Shown here: one piece after another, positions 37,127 through 52,500 of the stretch
How positions within the stretch are numbered: the first letter of the stretch is position 1
How the letters are laid out: the number at the start of each line of letters is the position of its first letter
NCBI GenBank assembly: GCA_950097015.1
Contig: CATNEN010000010.1
Coordinates: 1,364,001-1,428,000, forward strand
Direction of reading: 5' to 3'
Origin: Macrostomum hystrix
Taxonomy: Eukaryota > Animalia > Platyhelminthes
Length of the DNA: 64,000 nucleotides
Made by a program: the position numbers and the translations under genes
The notes under the pieces: generated by a model
Databases searched by the model: none
Told to the model about the DNA's origin: nothing
Seen by the model: only the letters and a program-made list of their open reading frames with translations

Positions 37127-37175
37127 TTTTATAGGGCTAATTTAGGGAGACGTGGCGGTCTAACCGCCAGCCAAT
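37127..37175 (-). promoter_or_regulatory. Antisense Pol II core promoter: TATAAAA (37133-37127) and CCAAT box (37171-37175)
   Basis: CTATAAAAG on the minus strand; no ATG between the predicted TSS (~37100) and the ATG at 36945. Confidence 0.55.
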
Positions 37176-37907
37176 GGGAGCAAAGTGGGGATTCCGGGCA
37201 GAACCAGTTTAGGGGGCTCATGGTAACAGTTTAGTTGTTGGGGCCCTGACCTTTTCGGTGAGGAGACACCTCGGCCGGCAACAGCATCACAAGCGGCCTG
37301 AGCAGCGGTTTCCCCAGCTGCGACCAGCTGCAGCGCCGATTGGGCCGCGCGCAACGGCTAGGCAACCGGCCCGACGAGAATTTTCGGGCCCGGCCAGCTG
37401 AAAACACCTGGGCGCGCGGCGAATCAGAGGCTACCACGGCCCGGCAACGGAATCGGGAAGGCGCGAACGGACCAACCAACCCGGAGCCACCTGGGGAAGA
37501 GCACGGCCGGACCCTCGGACTTAAGGAGGAAAACGGCCGGAGCCTCCCGGGATTGCGCAACCGAGACCAAGCCGGGCAGGGAAAGACGGGGACAGCTGCA
37601 GCCACCTGGAGGAGAAGGCGAATCGGGACACGGCACCCCGGGACAGCGAGAACAACTCTAACTCAGCCGGAATGCGCACCCACCTCCCCTCAGGACTCTA
37701 TCCCTTAGTTGCTAGGGGCGCCGACCTTTACACTCTCGCACACAATCTATTTATAGCAGTATTGTTACGTACGATGACCTAGGATTTCTTCTCTAGCGGA
37801 TTTCTTCTTAAGGTTCTTTACGGTATACAGTAGGGTAATGTAAGTTTTTGCCCCCTCGATTCGCGGCACACCCCACTACTGACAGTAAGCACGTAAGTGC
37901 CTTACGT

Positions 37908-37927
37908 GAAAGTGAGCAAGGGCGGTG
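37908..37927 (+). promoter_or_regulatory. Polypurine tract
   Basis: GAAAGTGAGCAAGGGCGGTG lies immediately before the 3' LTR TG. Confidence 0.6.
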
Positions 37928-40284
37928 TGATGTGGAGTGTACTTCGGAATCGAGTGGGGTTGTGAGCCAGCCAAATTTTTCCATTTTTAGCAAGTTAATA
38001 ATCGCGACCCACATAGCAGCTGGCCGCAGAACACCATCATTAATCTTAGGGCCAGACTTGGGGCGGAGGTGAATTAAGTAGCCGCCGATTCCCTTTGTCT
38101 CGGATCTGTCTAGTCCCCTGTAGGAGTGACTGATCGCGGAAATAGCAATACTGTATGGACTAGTTTAGGTTATAATTCCCCTCCAAACCGCGATCAGATT
38201 GTCGGGATCACTCATGCGTTTAGAGTGAGCTTTAATTCTTCATGTCCCTCTTCTTTACTGTAACCCGAGCCGAAGCTCGATTATGACCTTTCCCCCTTTA
38301 GATACATGTAACGACACTATAGGCAGGTCGGCGCCTGCGCTTCCCATATCCCGGCGGGATCACAATCATTGGCCGACTGCCGGCAGACGCTCCTAGTGGG
38401 GCATCTGGCGATTCTCGCCGCCGCTTCAGTGGGCAATTGGGGTGGCATTATGCCGACCCGATTCCTCGCTGACAGGCCGGCGAGCATGTGGGTTATTTTG
38501 ATGAATGCGGGGTTGGCGGAGCTGCAGGACTATTTAAGAGAGCGCGCTGCGCTGCCCCTAGGACAACCTTTTTCTTTACCTTCCTTTTTCCTCTTTCCGG
38601 GAGCCTTTCCCGGCGACTTCCCTGCTCACCTTTTTCCCTTGTCCGGTCCCGGAACTCGGTCCGTGGACTCTCCCCCGTCTAGGCTAGCACCTAGTCCCTG
38701 AGCCTAAGGCTCCAGATCGTAGCAGCAGGCAACTACCTGCTAGTGCCCTTAAGCGCAAGCCACCTCCTTAGGTGCGCTCCAAATTGAGCCTTGAGCTCCC
38801 TGCAGTCTGGCCCCTTGCCAACTGTACTTAGCAATTCCCCACCTTTCTCCCGTTCATTTGCATTCCCCGCGAGATCGACGGCCTGCAGCCTGTCAACCAG
38901 CGTATTCAGATAAGTAACCCGCGCAGCGGACTTTTATCGTTATCCCTAAGGGATTTATTACTTAGCTAGTGGGCAATCGGGGCGAGGGCAGAGATTTGTT
39001 TTTAGCCTAATAAACTATTATTCATCTTAGTCGCCAATCATTTAACTATTAGGCAATTTAGTAACAATTTAAATCACTTTCTATCATGCTGTTATTTCCC
39101 CTTTATTTTCTCATTAGACAGCCCTCAATCATGAGTGGCTAATTCACTAGGGGAATGGGCTCTGGCGAGGCCGAGCTGAAAGCTGCGGCAAGAAGGCTAC
39201 TGTGAGCGCGCATGAGAGTAATATGGAGCTAGGGATTTGCGAGCTAAATGCGGGATGTAGCGTGTGCATTTCTGCCTACGAGGTGGGGGATTCCTTGGCC
39301 GGCTTTCCTCACTCTCTCGGCGGGTTCCAGTGTATGCGTCAAGTTCCTTTGCCAATTTGAATTCTCCCTCTTTTCCCCGCCTTTCGCAACCGCGGCCATG
39401 GGAGCGAGAGGCGTGATCTAATAATTTCCTGCTTGCATAATCACTCAGCCAGTGTTCAGCTTAATCTCTCCTGCCTCTGTTCTCCTCAACTCACACAGAA
39501 TCGGCTTGCTAGTTATCTAATGAGTAGGCTGCAGTCTAATGTACGGAATGTGTCTAATGTCTCATGAGTAGGATCCTGGCTATGGATTTCTCATTCGGGT
39601 TCGGAGTACCACCTTTCTAGACCACTGTAGCGCAGTTTCAGGAATCCCCTTGTGAGGCGTGACTCGATCCATTCTGGGGTTCTCGCCCTAGTCTAAAACG
39701 GAAGTTACAGAATGCTCTATTTTTCGGCTTGTCTAAGATCTGTGTGACAAACTGGGAGCTGCGAGCTCCGGGGACCCAAGTTCCCAAATGTCTGCGGTGG
39801 CAACGTAGGCGCATTGGGTGGTGGCGCTACCTTCGATCATTATCCGCTTTGCCGATAGCCTTTCCGCATTTCTAAGACAAGAGCCTAGGCCGAGTCGACC
39901 ACTGCTACCAAAGTTAGGAGTCAGTTACGAACATGCTACTGATGACAGTAGGCTATCTAGCCCTGTCCTATTCGCTTGCGGGTAGTCCGACATCTATTTA
40001 GACTTTTAGCCGGTTTCGAGCACTGCTTGGGGTGGGCACGGCAGTCATGCCTGTGGCCTATGGGTTGGGTGGGACTGGCCAGCCTGAGGCCAATAGGACC
40101 ACTCACTTGCATCCTTTGTACCGCCTCATCTCTCCCTTCATCTCCCCCTTCATCCCTCCCTTCGTCATCCCTCTCTGCGACAACTCGCGGCAGCAGCGAT
40201 CGACCTCCGACTCTATCGTCGTTTTCCACACTCCTATCTTTCATGAGGGCGGTCATCGGCTAGCAAAAGACCCGCACTATTTCA
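37928..40284 (+). repeat. 3' LTR, 2,357 bp
   Basis: No difference from the 5' LTR seen in spot checks; identical ORFs in the ORF track at +8900. Confidence 0.93.
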
Positions 40285-40316
40285 CTTTTACACTGTTCTT
40301 GCTCCAACTAAAGATT

Positions 40317-41285
40317 TCGATGGCCAGCCAGCCACATTCGCTAACTCGGCAGGACTCAGCGGCAGCAGCAGTCAGCCGATGGCCAGCCAGCCACATTCGC
40401 CAACTCGGCTGCAGGGACTCAGCGGCAGCAGCAGTCAGCCGATGGCCAGCCAGCCACATTCGCTAACTCGGCAGGACTCAGCGGCAGCAGCAGTCAGCCG
40501 ATGGCCAGCCAGCCACATTCGCCAACTCGGCAGGACTCAGCGGCAGCAGCAGTCAGCCGATGGCCAGCCAGCCACATTCGCCAACTCGGCTGCAGGGACT
40601 CAGCGGCAGCAGCAGTCAGCCGATGGCCAGCCAGCCACATTCGCCAACTCGGCTGCAGGGACTCAGCGGCAGCAGCAGTCAGCCGATGGCCAGCCAGCCA
40701 CATTCGCCAACTCGGCTGCAGGGACTCAGCGGCAGCAGCAGTCAGCCGATGGCCAGCCAGCCACATTCGCCAACTCGGCAGGACTCAGCGGCAGCAGCAG
40801 TCAGCCGATGGCCAGCCAGCCACATTCGCTAACTCGGCTGGACTCAGCGGCAGCAGCAGTCAGCCGATGGCCAGCCAGCCACATTCGCCAACTCGGCTGG
40901 ACTCAGCGGCAGCAGCAGTCAGCCGATGGCCAGCCAGCCACATTCGCTAACTCGGCTGGACTCAGCGGCAGCAGCAGTCAGCCGATGGCCAGCCAGCCAC
41001 ATTCGCTAACTCGGCAGGACTCAGCGGCAGCAGCAGTCAGCCGATGGCCAGCCAGCCACATTCGCTAACTCGGCTGGACTCAGCGGCAGCAGCAGTCAGC
41101 CGATGGCCAGCCAGCCACATTCGCTAACTCGGCAGGACTCAGCGGCAGCAGCAGTCAGCCGATGGCCAGCCAGCCACATTCGCTAACTCGGCTGGACTCA
41201 GCGGCAGCAGCAGTCAGCCGATGGCCAGCCAGCCACATTCGCCAACTCGGCTGCAGGGACTCAGTGGCAGCAGCAGTCAGCCGAA
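40317..41285. repeat. Minisatellite, 59-63 bp unit (GATGGCCAGCCAGCCACATTCGC[T/C]AACTCGGCAGGACTCAGCGGCAGCAGCAGTCAGCC), ~16 copies
   Basis: Read directly; begins ~30 bp after the right TSD. Confidence 0.95.
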
Positions 41286-41945
41286 GCTTCCGTCATTCAG
41301 ACCTTTCAGCCACGGTTGGAAATGCAGTAGGCAGTTGACGACGTCAGCTCTGAGAGCAGAACACGCGCTCCGCTGATTGATGAACCAATTTCTTTTTGCT
41401 CCTGAGTTTTACTTCATCAATTAAAGTTAAAAATCTAGTTTTGCTAAGTTTAAAAAGCACTAAAGCTGCAAGCTCTAAAGTGTGTTCTATGGATAATAAA
41501 TAATTCGACTTAACAAAAAGCTGTCATCTGGAACTAAACAATCACATGAAGTCATGTGAAGCTAAAGCACATGAAATTCACGCAGATTGCTATTAAGCGG
41601 CACAGCGTGCATTCTATTGAGTTAGTTATGCCATGGGGTGAACTGTGTAGATGTACTTTAGATCTGGATACAAATAGTCAATTAGAAATGCTGTAACAGA
41701 AGCCAACATTAAATTAATTTTTGGCTTGGTTGGTTTGTATTTACCTTAATAGATGTAACAGGAAACGATAATTGGATTGCATTGCATTTTATCACTGAGT
41801 AAATATGATAAAATAAAATATTTCTTTAAACCGATTGCGAGTCCAGGAATACTGAGCTATAATATTTAATTGCACTGTGTTAGGCAATGTGTTCGCTTGA
41901 ATAAAAAGTCAAGCTTGCTTTCTGATTGCCTGAGCTCAACACCTG

Positions 41946-43975
41946 TCAGAGATGCAACACCCGACGATCCCTTGGAAAGCTGATCGTGACGCCGCAGACC
42001 CGCTGTAGCAGGCTGTTGATGGGGATCTGGTCGAACATGCCGCTGTCCAGGTGGCTGCTGTGAAGCTGCCGGCCCGGGCCGAGCACCAGGCAGCCGCCGT
42101 TCACCAGCATGTCGGAGCTGAAATCCCGGTACAGCACGGCGGTGCGGTAGGTGCTGCGCAGCACTCCGCCCATCCAGCCCGACTTCACGTGCTTGTTATT
42201 CACAGGGTCTGGGATGTGGCGGTGTCCAATAGAACTAGAGCGAATTTTTAATACAGACGCTTACGAGAGAGGAAACATCCCTGTGTGCCTGCTTACGGTA
42301 TCTGTGTGCGGGTGTGCTCGGGAGTCTGTGGAATAACCTGAATTGCCTCTACGATGGCAGTGGGTCCAACTGGCACCAAATGATGCGTCAGTGCCAACAG
42401 CTCTCGTTCAAATATTTGCTATTGTTAATAAATGACGAAACGAGCTAGTATGTCCTATTCAAAACTATCAATGGACTTCTATCTACAAAGTCTGTCTTAA
42501 AATTTCTGGTTTCTATATACCCAAAACTGAATGCTTAAAAAGTGCTTTTAAAAAGCATCTGGAATCGAAGTAGAGCCGTAATGTCAAGTTTAAGATCAGC
42601 ATCAGGTGGAGCACTTCTCCGAAGGCAAATTTTGTTTAAATAACGACCTAAACACAAAAAGGCAAACTGTTGTCTTAGTCAAGCAGCTATGCCAGCAGAC
42701 ACAGAAGATGGAACAAAGTGCATAACCAGAAAAAAGACATTCTTCACAAGCAGATATTGCTTGCAGGCTTACATTGGTTCCGCGCCTCATCCCTGTCGCA
42801 TTTGAAGCCGATTCTTCTGTAGATGCCGGCAGTTGGATCGCAGTACATTTTGTGCCGAAATCCAGTCTCAGCTTGGAATATCTGGCAGAAGCAGGTGGGA
42901 ATTACAGCCTTGCAAGAAATAATAAACAGCTGCTGCCTGATTCAAAGACAAACAGTAAAGAATAACTAATGTTAGAATGAGGCATAGCTAATTAAATCAA
43001 ATTTTAACACACAGGCAGCAGTTCTGGAGTGTGAGGCCCAATGGTAACTAGCTGAACATTGGCCTGGTCTAGGACAGCATCTGGTATTGAAGCCAGGTCG
43101 TCCATGTACTCTTTGGCAGTAAAGCACTGCGGGTGCTGACAAAGATAAAATGGTGAATTTATTGTTAGCTTTTAGAAGCAAAGAAACATTAAATTGATTC
43201 AAAATAATGTTTGTGTATAATTAAGTAGATAGTCTATATAAAGAATATGCAGAATACAGAGCATGAATGAACCAATCATATTGTGCCTAAAATTTACTAT
43301 TTATATGGACCTGCCTATAAACTTTAATGGCTAGTCATTTGGAGAATAAGAATAGCTATAAAATATATATCAATACTAGTCTATAGTTTAGATTAGAACA
43401 CAGAAGTAATACAGGGTGAGTCCTACAAGTTGAAATTTTATATTTAATTGGTTAGCCCATATAGGACTAACCAAGCAGCAACATATTGATATTCTAAAAC
43501 TATACATATTATGTTCATGGATTCACTTCTTGTCTAGGCCTACAGCACAAAATTAGTACTTTAAATTTAGCATATATAGTTAATTTGCATATTTTTAGCA
43601 TATGATAACAAAAGTATAATTTAATCAAGTATTAGAGAAAAATTTAATTGTGAAAAACCAAAAGCTAGGACTTCTCTCATTTTATATATTTACAATTAGT
43701 AATATAGCAGTAAACCAGTTGCCAACTTGTAAAAAGTATTAGCCAATGAAAAAAATCTGAACATAAAAATACTTTATAATATAGCCTAATTAGTAACTTA
43801 CCCTCAAGAATATTGCAATGGTCTTTTTGTCATTGTATATATCACAGAACTTGGTTGCTTTACCAGTAGAATCAAACACACTGTAGTCTTCGAATTTTTC
43901 GATATCAACAGTAACCTCATCATAAAGTCCACGTGAAAGATTTATTTTGATTACTTTATCCACATGAGTAGACAT
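41946..43975 (-). CDS. PRXL2C: Peroxiredoxin-like 2C (AAED1), ~222 aa; exons 43975-43802, 43135-43013, 42881-42773, 42208-41946
   Basis: VFDSTG...KTIAIFLR|HPQCFTAKEYMDDLA...|IFQAETGFRHKMYCDP...IYRRIG...|NGGCLVLGPGRQLH...DQIPINSLL is colinear with the AAED1 family; phases 0, 0 and 1 are consistent. Confidence 0.85.
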
Positions 43976-45282
43976 TACTGAAATACTTTTCTGCTAGTGT
44001 ATATATTGAGAGTTTTAATAATACACGGCTGTAATTAAATAAGCAGCAGTGAACACCTACTCAGAAATGATCAGAACACGAAAAAATTAACTGACTTTGT
44101 AACTTTTATTTCGTGGAAAATGTTAAATTTAATTTTTTCTACTTTAAATAAACAGTTAAAACTTTTATGTTTGTATGTTCACAACTATCTACAAAATGTG
44201 CGCCTTTTCATTAAAAAAACGAAAAAATAATTTTTCTGTTTTTTTTAAACCTTAAACCTGTCAAAATGAAACTGTTGGAGTACAGTGTGAGTAATACTTG
44301 TACGAGTACAGTATTACAGCTTCTATATCAGCTTCGGTTGAACTTTGAACTATCAAGGTCCACTTGGAGTATACTCTACTTTCACTTAGCTACTTATATC
44401 GCGAAATAAAATTATTTCAGACTGCGATCGCTAATTTCAATTGCATTGACGTTAGATTCCAGTATTTAGTAGTTTAGGGACAATAAACTAATGTAATTGT
44501 TCGAAGAGAAAACATTTCGGCTTCCAATTGATTAAACAAAAAAATTGTTGTCGTTCACCGGTAGAGCACTCAGGATAATTTAGATGATTCGTACCCTGAA
44601 GTGAAAAGCAGTGTACACGTAGATTTTAGACCTTTCAGCTAACCTGCATCAATACTAGTTTTGCATTTCAGTGGACCTTCGAGTACTTCGATGCATGTAC
44701 ATAAATAAAATCGATATTACCCCCTTTATGTACGGGTCTGGCCTGCAGCAGGGGCACTATGTAAATGTAAATCTTTGTGGGGCGTCTATAATTTATTCAT
44801 GTTGCACCAAAGTGCACTTACTTTTGCAATTTGCGAGAAGTTACAATTTTTGTATAATATACACTAGAAGTAGACATTCTGGCTCTGCTACATAAAATAA
44901 GTGCATTAATCTCTTGAACGCCAAAGGCCTGCAATGCTGGTCGTACATTGATAGGCATCTCGTGAAAGCCCATGCATACTTTTAAGTAAAATCTACGGCA
45001 GCAAATGTCGGCAAGCAAGTCATTCCAGCAGTGTCCGAAACGGCATTCACTGCAAGCCATGAACTCGAACAAACGTATTAGAAACGGATACCGCATGTTT
45101 AATTTTTATTTACTAACTTCGAGTTAATGTAAGAAACAATTAAAACGAGGAAAAGCAGCAGCTGCAAGTGTGTGATATCAGTTCGAAACTAGAACTTAAA
45201 ATTATTATACTTAACGGAAGATACAAGCGAAACAATCACTTAATTCCACAGAAAATTTATAGATGCAAGAAACTGCTAGGTC

Positions 45283-45510
45283 AGGGGGTCGGTGGCAGAG
45301 CGGTTATCGCGTTTGCCACTCGCACCACGGTCCCTAAGTTCGATTCCACGGCGAGGCCACATTTATTTGGGGCGCAGCCGCGGAGAGAAGGCTTGAGGGC
45401 TTGTCGTGCAATTTACACCCTTGATGGCCAACCTCCAAGGCACCGTGAAATGTACACTGCCTGACGATGAGAAAGTCAGGGCAGATGTACACACCTGTGT
45501 GAGCGTGTGC
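45283..45510 (+). mobile_element. tRNA-derived SINE family B copy
   Basis: GGTGGCAGAGCGG A-box-like, GTTCGATTCC B box, CCGCGGAGAGAAGGCTTG core, same tail as 8853-9062. Confidence 0.75.
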
Positions 45511-46608
45511 CTGCGTACAGTATCTGAGTGTGTGTGTGTTCGAATTCTTACACGGCTAGCCACATTCACTCATTGGTCTAGATATCAAGGTGGTTTATAA
45601 GATCTTCAGTCAAGAAGATTGACAAAAATGCCGCAATTAGGGATGTTAGGGATGGGGATCCCTAATTAGGGATGGGGAGTGGCATCAGGGATGTTAGGGA
45701 TGATCCACCAAAGGTGGATGTCTGAAAACCCTCTGAATTCTAGAACTTCTTGTGGGACAACGCGTCGTTCCCAGCAGCGACCTCACTCCATTCGGCGATT
45801 TCTACACTCATAGACTCACTTGTCTCTTCCGAGCCGATTTCGCTCTCGGCCGTCTTGGTTTCCGATTGCGCCGACTCACCATCGCTTCAAGCAACGCCTT
45901 CGTCAATCTGTGCCTAACTCCATAGCTAACACTAACTCCTGGGCTTTAGTGCCTACTTTCACTCTCGAAAATGCATTTTATTTTTTTCTAGGTCCTCCAT
46001 CGCACGCCTCTGGTCTTTTAGCAAATATTGTGAATGCAGTTTTCTCCACATCCGCTAGTTATAGAGTGCATTCAAGTTGATTTATAATCGTCACGTGATT
46101 CAGCACTTGCACTTCTGCTCCTTTGCACAGTAATCTGGGCCCTCAGTAGGTGTACAAAGTTCTATTCACGGTGTGGGCCAACAGACCCGGCTAAACAGTG
46201 AACCCGCACTCTCCCTGCACAAGCTTGTCTCTCTCTAACCAACAATTGGCTAGTAAAAATTCCAGGCATATCTCTGTGCCTTCTGTCCCAGCCCACACGG
46301 GGGCGTTAATAAACCCTAGCGCTTGAACGCAAGTGCATCCAAGTACCAGGCAATACCCTGACCCAGGCCGTGCCACCTCCGATTCCACACCCACCGCCGC
46401 ACACTCTAGTTAACTCATGCGTGCTCAAAATTTCTGCCATTATTTTTATCGCATTTAAAGCTGGGTCAAAGTTTTGTTAAAACCTCACTGCAGACTCGCT
46501 CGACTCTAATCTCCACCCCAGCGTTGTCAAACTCAATAAGGCGAAGCTTGTGACTTTTCTTGATTTTCTATATTTCAAAAAATTGTCTTAAAAGCATCTC
46601 AAGCCCCC

Positions 46609-49307
<2,699 letters not shown>

Positions 49308-49509
49308 CCACGCAACCACTAGGCGGAGACAGGACCTTCTAAGATTGAGCTCAGGGTGGAACAAAAAACTAGTTTATCTTTATTTAAAGGCCTAATGAAT
49401 AAGCAGAGGGTTTCCAAGATTGCTAAAAATGGCAACGAACAAAGTAATAACACTTTTACCAATCGAATTTCATAGGCTGATAGGCCTAGTCAGTTATCGA
49501 TCGCTCTCA

Positions 49510-52500
49510 TTCAATTGAGGTGAAGTATGCAGCCCTAGACTATAAATACAGGTGAAACCAGCAAAAGCTTATCTACCGTATAATATGGAGATAATTCAAT
49601 TGAGGTGAAGTATGCAGCCCTAGACTATAAATACAGGTGAAACCAGCAAAAGCTTATCTACCGTATAATATGGAGATAATTCAATTGAGGTGAAGTATGC
49701 AGCCCTAGACTATAAATACAGGTGAAACCAGCAAAAGCTTATCTACCGTATAATATGGAGATAATTCAATTGAGGTGAAGTATGCAGCCCTAGACTATAA
49801 ATACAGGTGAAACCAGCAAAAGCTTATTTACCGTATAATATGGAGATAATTCAATTGAGGTGAAGTATGCAGCCCTAGACTATAAATACACGTGAAACCA
49901 GCAAAAGCTTATCTACTGTATAATATGGAGATAATTCAATTGAGGTGAAGTATGCAGCCCTAGACTATAAATACAGGTGAAACCAGCAAAAGCTTATCTA
50001 CCGTATAATATGGAGATAATTCAATTGAGGTGAAGTATGCAGCCCTAGACTATAAATACAGGTGAAACCAGCAAAAGCTTATCTACCGTATAATATGGAG
50101 ATAATTCAATTGAGGTGAAGTATGCAGCCCTAGACTATAAATACAGGTGAAACCAGCAAAAGCTTATCTACCGTATAATATGGAGATAATTCAATTGAGG
50201 TGAAGTATGCAGCCCTAGACTATAAATACAGGTGAAACCAGCAAAAGCTTATCTACCGTATAATATGGAGATAATTCAATTGAGGTGAAGTATGCAGCCC
50301 TAGACTATAAATACAGGTGAAACCAGCAAAAGCTTATCTACCGTATAATATGGAGATAATTCAATTGAGGTGAAGTATGCAGCCCTAGACTATAAATACA
50401 GGTGAAACCAGCAAAAGCTTATCTACCGTATAATATGGAGATAATTCAATTGAGGTGAAGTATGCAGCCCTAGACAATAAATACAGGTGAAACCAGCAAA
50501 TGCTTATCTACCGTATAATATGGAGATAATTCGATTGAGGTGAAGTATGCAGCCCTAGACTATAAATACAGGTGAAACCAGCAAAAGCTTATCTACCGTA
50601 TAATATGGAGATAATTCAATTGAGGTGAAGTATGCAGCCCTAGACTATAAATACAGGTGAAACCAGCAAAAGCTTATCTACCGTATAATATGGAGATAAT
50701 TCAATTGAGGTGAAGTATGCAGCCCTAGACTATAAATACAGGTGAAACCAGCAAAAGCTTATCTACCGTATAATATGGAGATAATTCAATTGAGGTGAAG
50801 TATGCAGCCCTAGACTATAAATACAGGTGAAACCAGCAAAAGCTTATCTACCGTATAATATGGAGATAATTCAATTGAGGTGAAGTATGCAGCCCTAGAC
50901 TATAAATACAGGTGAAACCAGCAAAAGCTTATCTACCGTATAATATGGAGATAATTCAATTGAGGTGAAGTATGCAGCCCTAGACTATAAATACAGGTGA
51001 AACCAGCAAAAGCTTATCTACCGTATAATATGGAGATAATTCAATTGAGGTGAAGTATGCAGCCCTAGACTATAAATACAGGTGAAACCAGCAAAAGCTT
51101 ATCTACCGTATAATATGGAGATAATTCAATTGAGGTGAAGTATGCAGCCCTAGACTATAAATACAGGTGAAACCAGCAAAAGCTTATCTACCGTATAATA
51201 TGGAGATAATTCAATTGCGGTGAAGTATGCAGCCCTAGACTATAAATACAGGTGAAACCAGCAAAAGCTTATCTACCGTATAATATGGAGATAATTCAAT
51301 TGAGGTGAAGTATGCAGCCCTAGACTATAAATACAGGTGAAACCAGCAAAAGCTTATTTACCGTATAATATGGAGATAATTCAATTGAGGTGAAGTATGC
51401 AGCCCTAGACTATAAATACAGGTGAAACCAGCAAATGCTTATCTACCGTATAATATGGAGATAATTCAATTGAGGTGAAGTATGCAGCCCTAGACTATAA
51501 ATACAGGTGAAACCAGCAAAAGCTTATCTACCGTATAATATGGAGATAATTCAATTGAGGTGAAGTATGCAGCCCTAGACTATAAATACAGGTGAAACCA
51601 GCAAAAGCTTATCTACCGTATAATATGGAGATAATTCAATTGAGGTGAAGTATGCAGCCCTAGACTATAAATACAGGTGAAACCAGCAAAAGCTTATCTA
51701 CCGTATAATATGGAGATAATTCAATTGAGGTGAAGTATGCAGCCCTAGACTATAAATACAGGTGAAACCAGCAAAAGCTTATCTACCGTATAATATGGAG
51801 ATAATTCAATTGAGGTGAAGTATGCAGCCCTAGACTATAAATACAGGTGAAACCAGCAAAAGCTTATCTACCGTATAATATGGAGATGATTCAATTGAGG
51901 TGAAGTATGCAGCCCTAGACTATAAATACAGGTGAAACCAGCAAAAGCTTATCTACCGTATAATATGGAGATAATTCAATTGAGGTGAAGTATGCAGCCC
52001 TAGACTATAAATACAGGTGAAACCAGCAAAAGCTTATCTACCGTATAATATGGAGATAATTCAATTGAGGTGAAGTATGCAGCCCTAGACTATAAATACA
52101 GGTGAAACCAGCAAAAGCTTATCTACCGTATAATATGGAGATGATTCAATTGAGGTGAAGTATGCAGCCCTAGACTATAAATACAGGTGAAACCAGCAAA
52201 AGCTTATCTAGCGTATAATATGGAGATAATTCAATTGAGGTGAAGTATGCAGCCCTAGACTATAAATACAGGTGAAACCAGCAAAAGCTTATCTACCGTA
52301 TAATATGGAGATAATTCAATTGAGGTGAAGTATGCAGCCCTAGACTATAAATACAGGTGAAACCAGCAAAAGCTTATCTACCGTATAATATGGAGATAAT
52401 TCAATTGAGGTGAAGTATGCAGCCCTAGACTATAAATACAGGTGAAACCAGCAAATGCTTATCTACCGTATAATATGGAGATAATTCAATTGAGGTGAAG

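Larger units (their letters stand above)
29028..40284 (+). mobile_element. Ty3/Gypsy-like LTR element, 11,257 bp, gag + protease only, no RT/RNaseH/integrase (putatively non-autonomous)
   Basis: Direct repeats 29028-31384 and 37928-40284 (offset 8900 at both ends), TG...CA termini, TSD CTTT (29024-29027 and 40285-40288), PBS after the 5' LTR, purine tract before the 3' LTR, gag and DTG protease inside. Confidence 0.93.

Noticed and set aside
29028-40284. DIRS-like element or plain segmental duplication
   Set aside because: TG..CA ends, PBS, PPT and a 4-bp TSD indicate an integrase-type LTR insertion; no tyrosine recombinase motif seen.
44818-45096. Cys-rich 92-aa minus-strand ORF
   Set aside because: No recognisable motif or splice context; probably a repeat fragment, which cannot be classified without a search.
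46200-46420. Possible Pol III RNA or SINE on the minus strand (GTGGCACGGCCTGG...GTTCAAGC)
   Set aside because: Only weak box matches and no second copy in the window.
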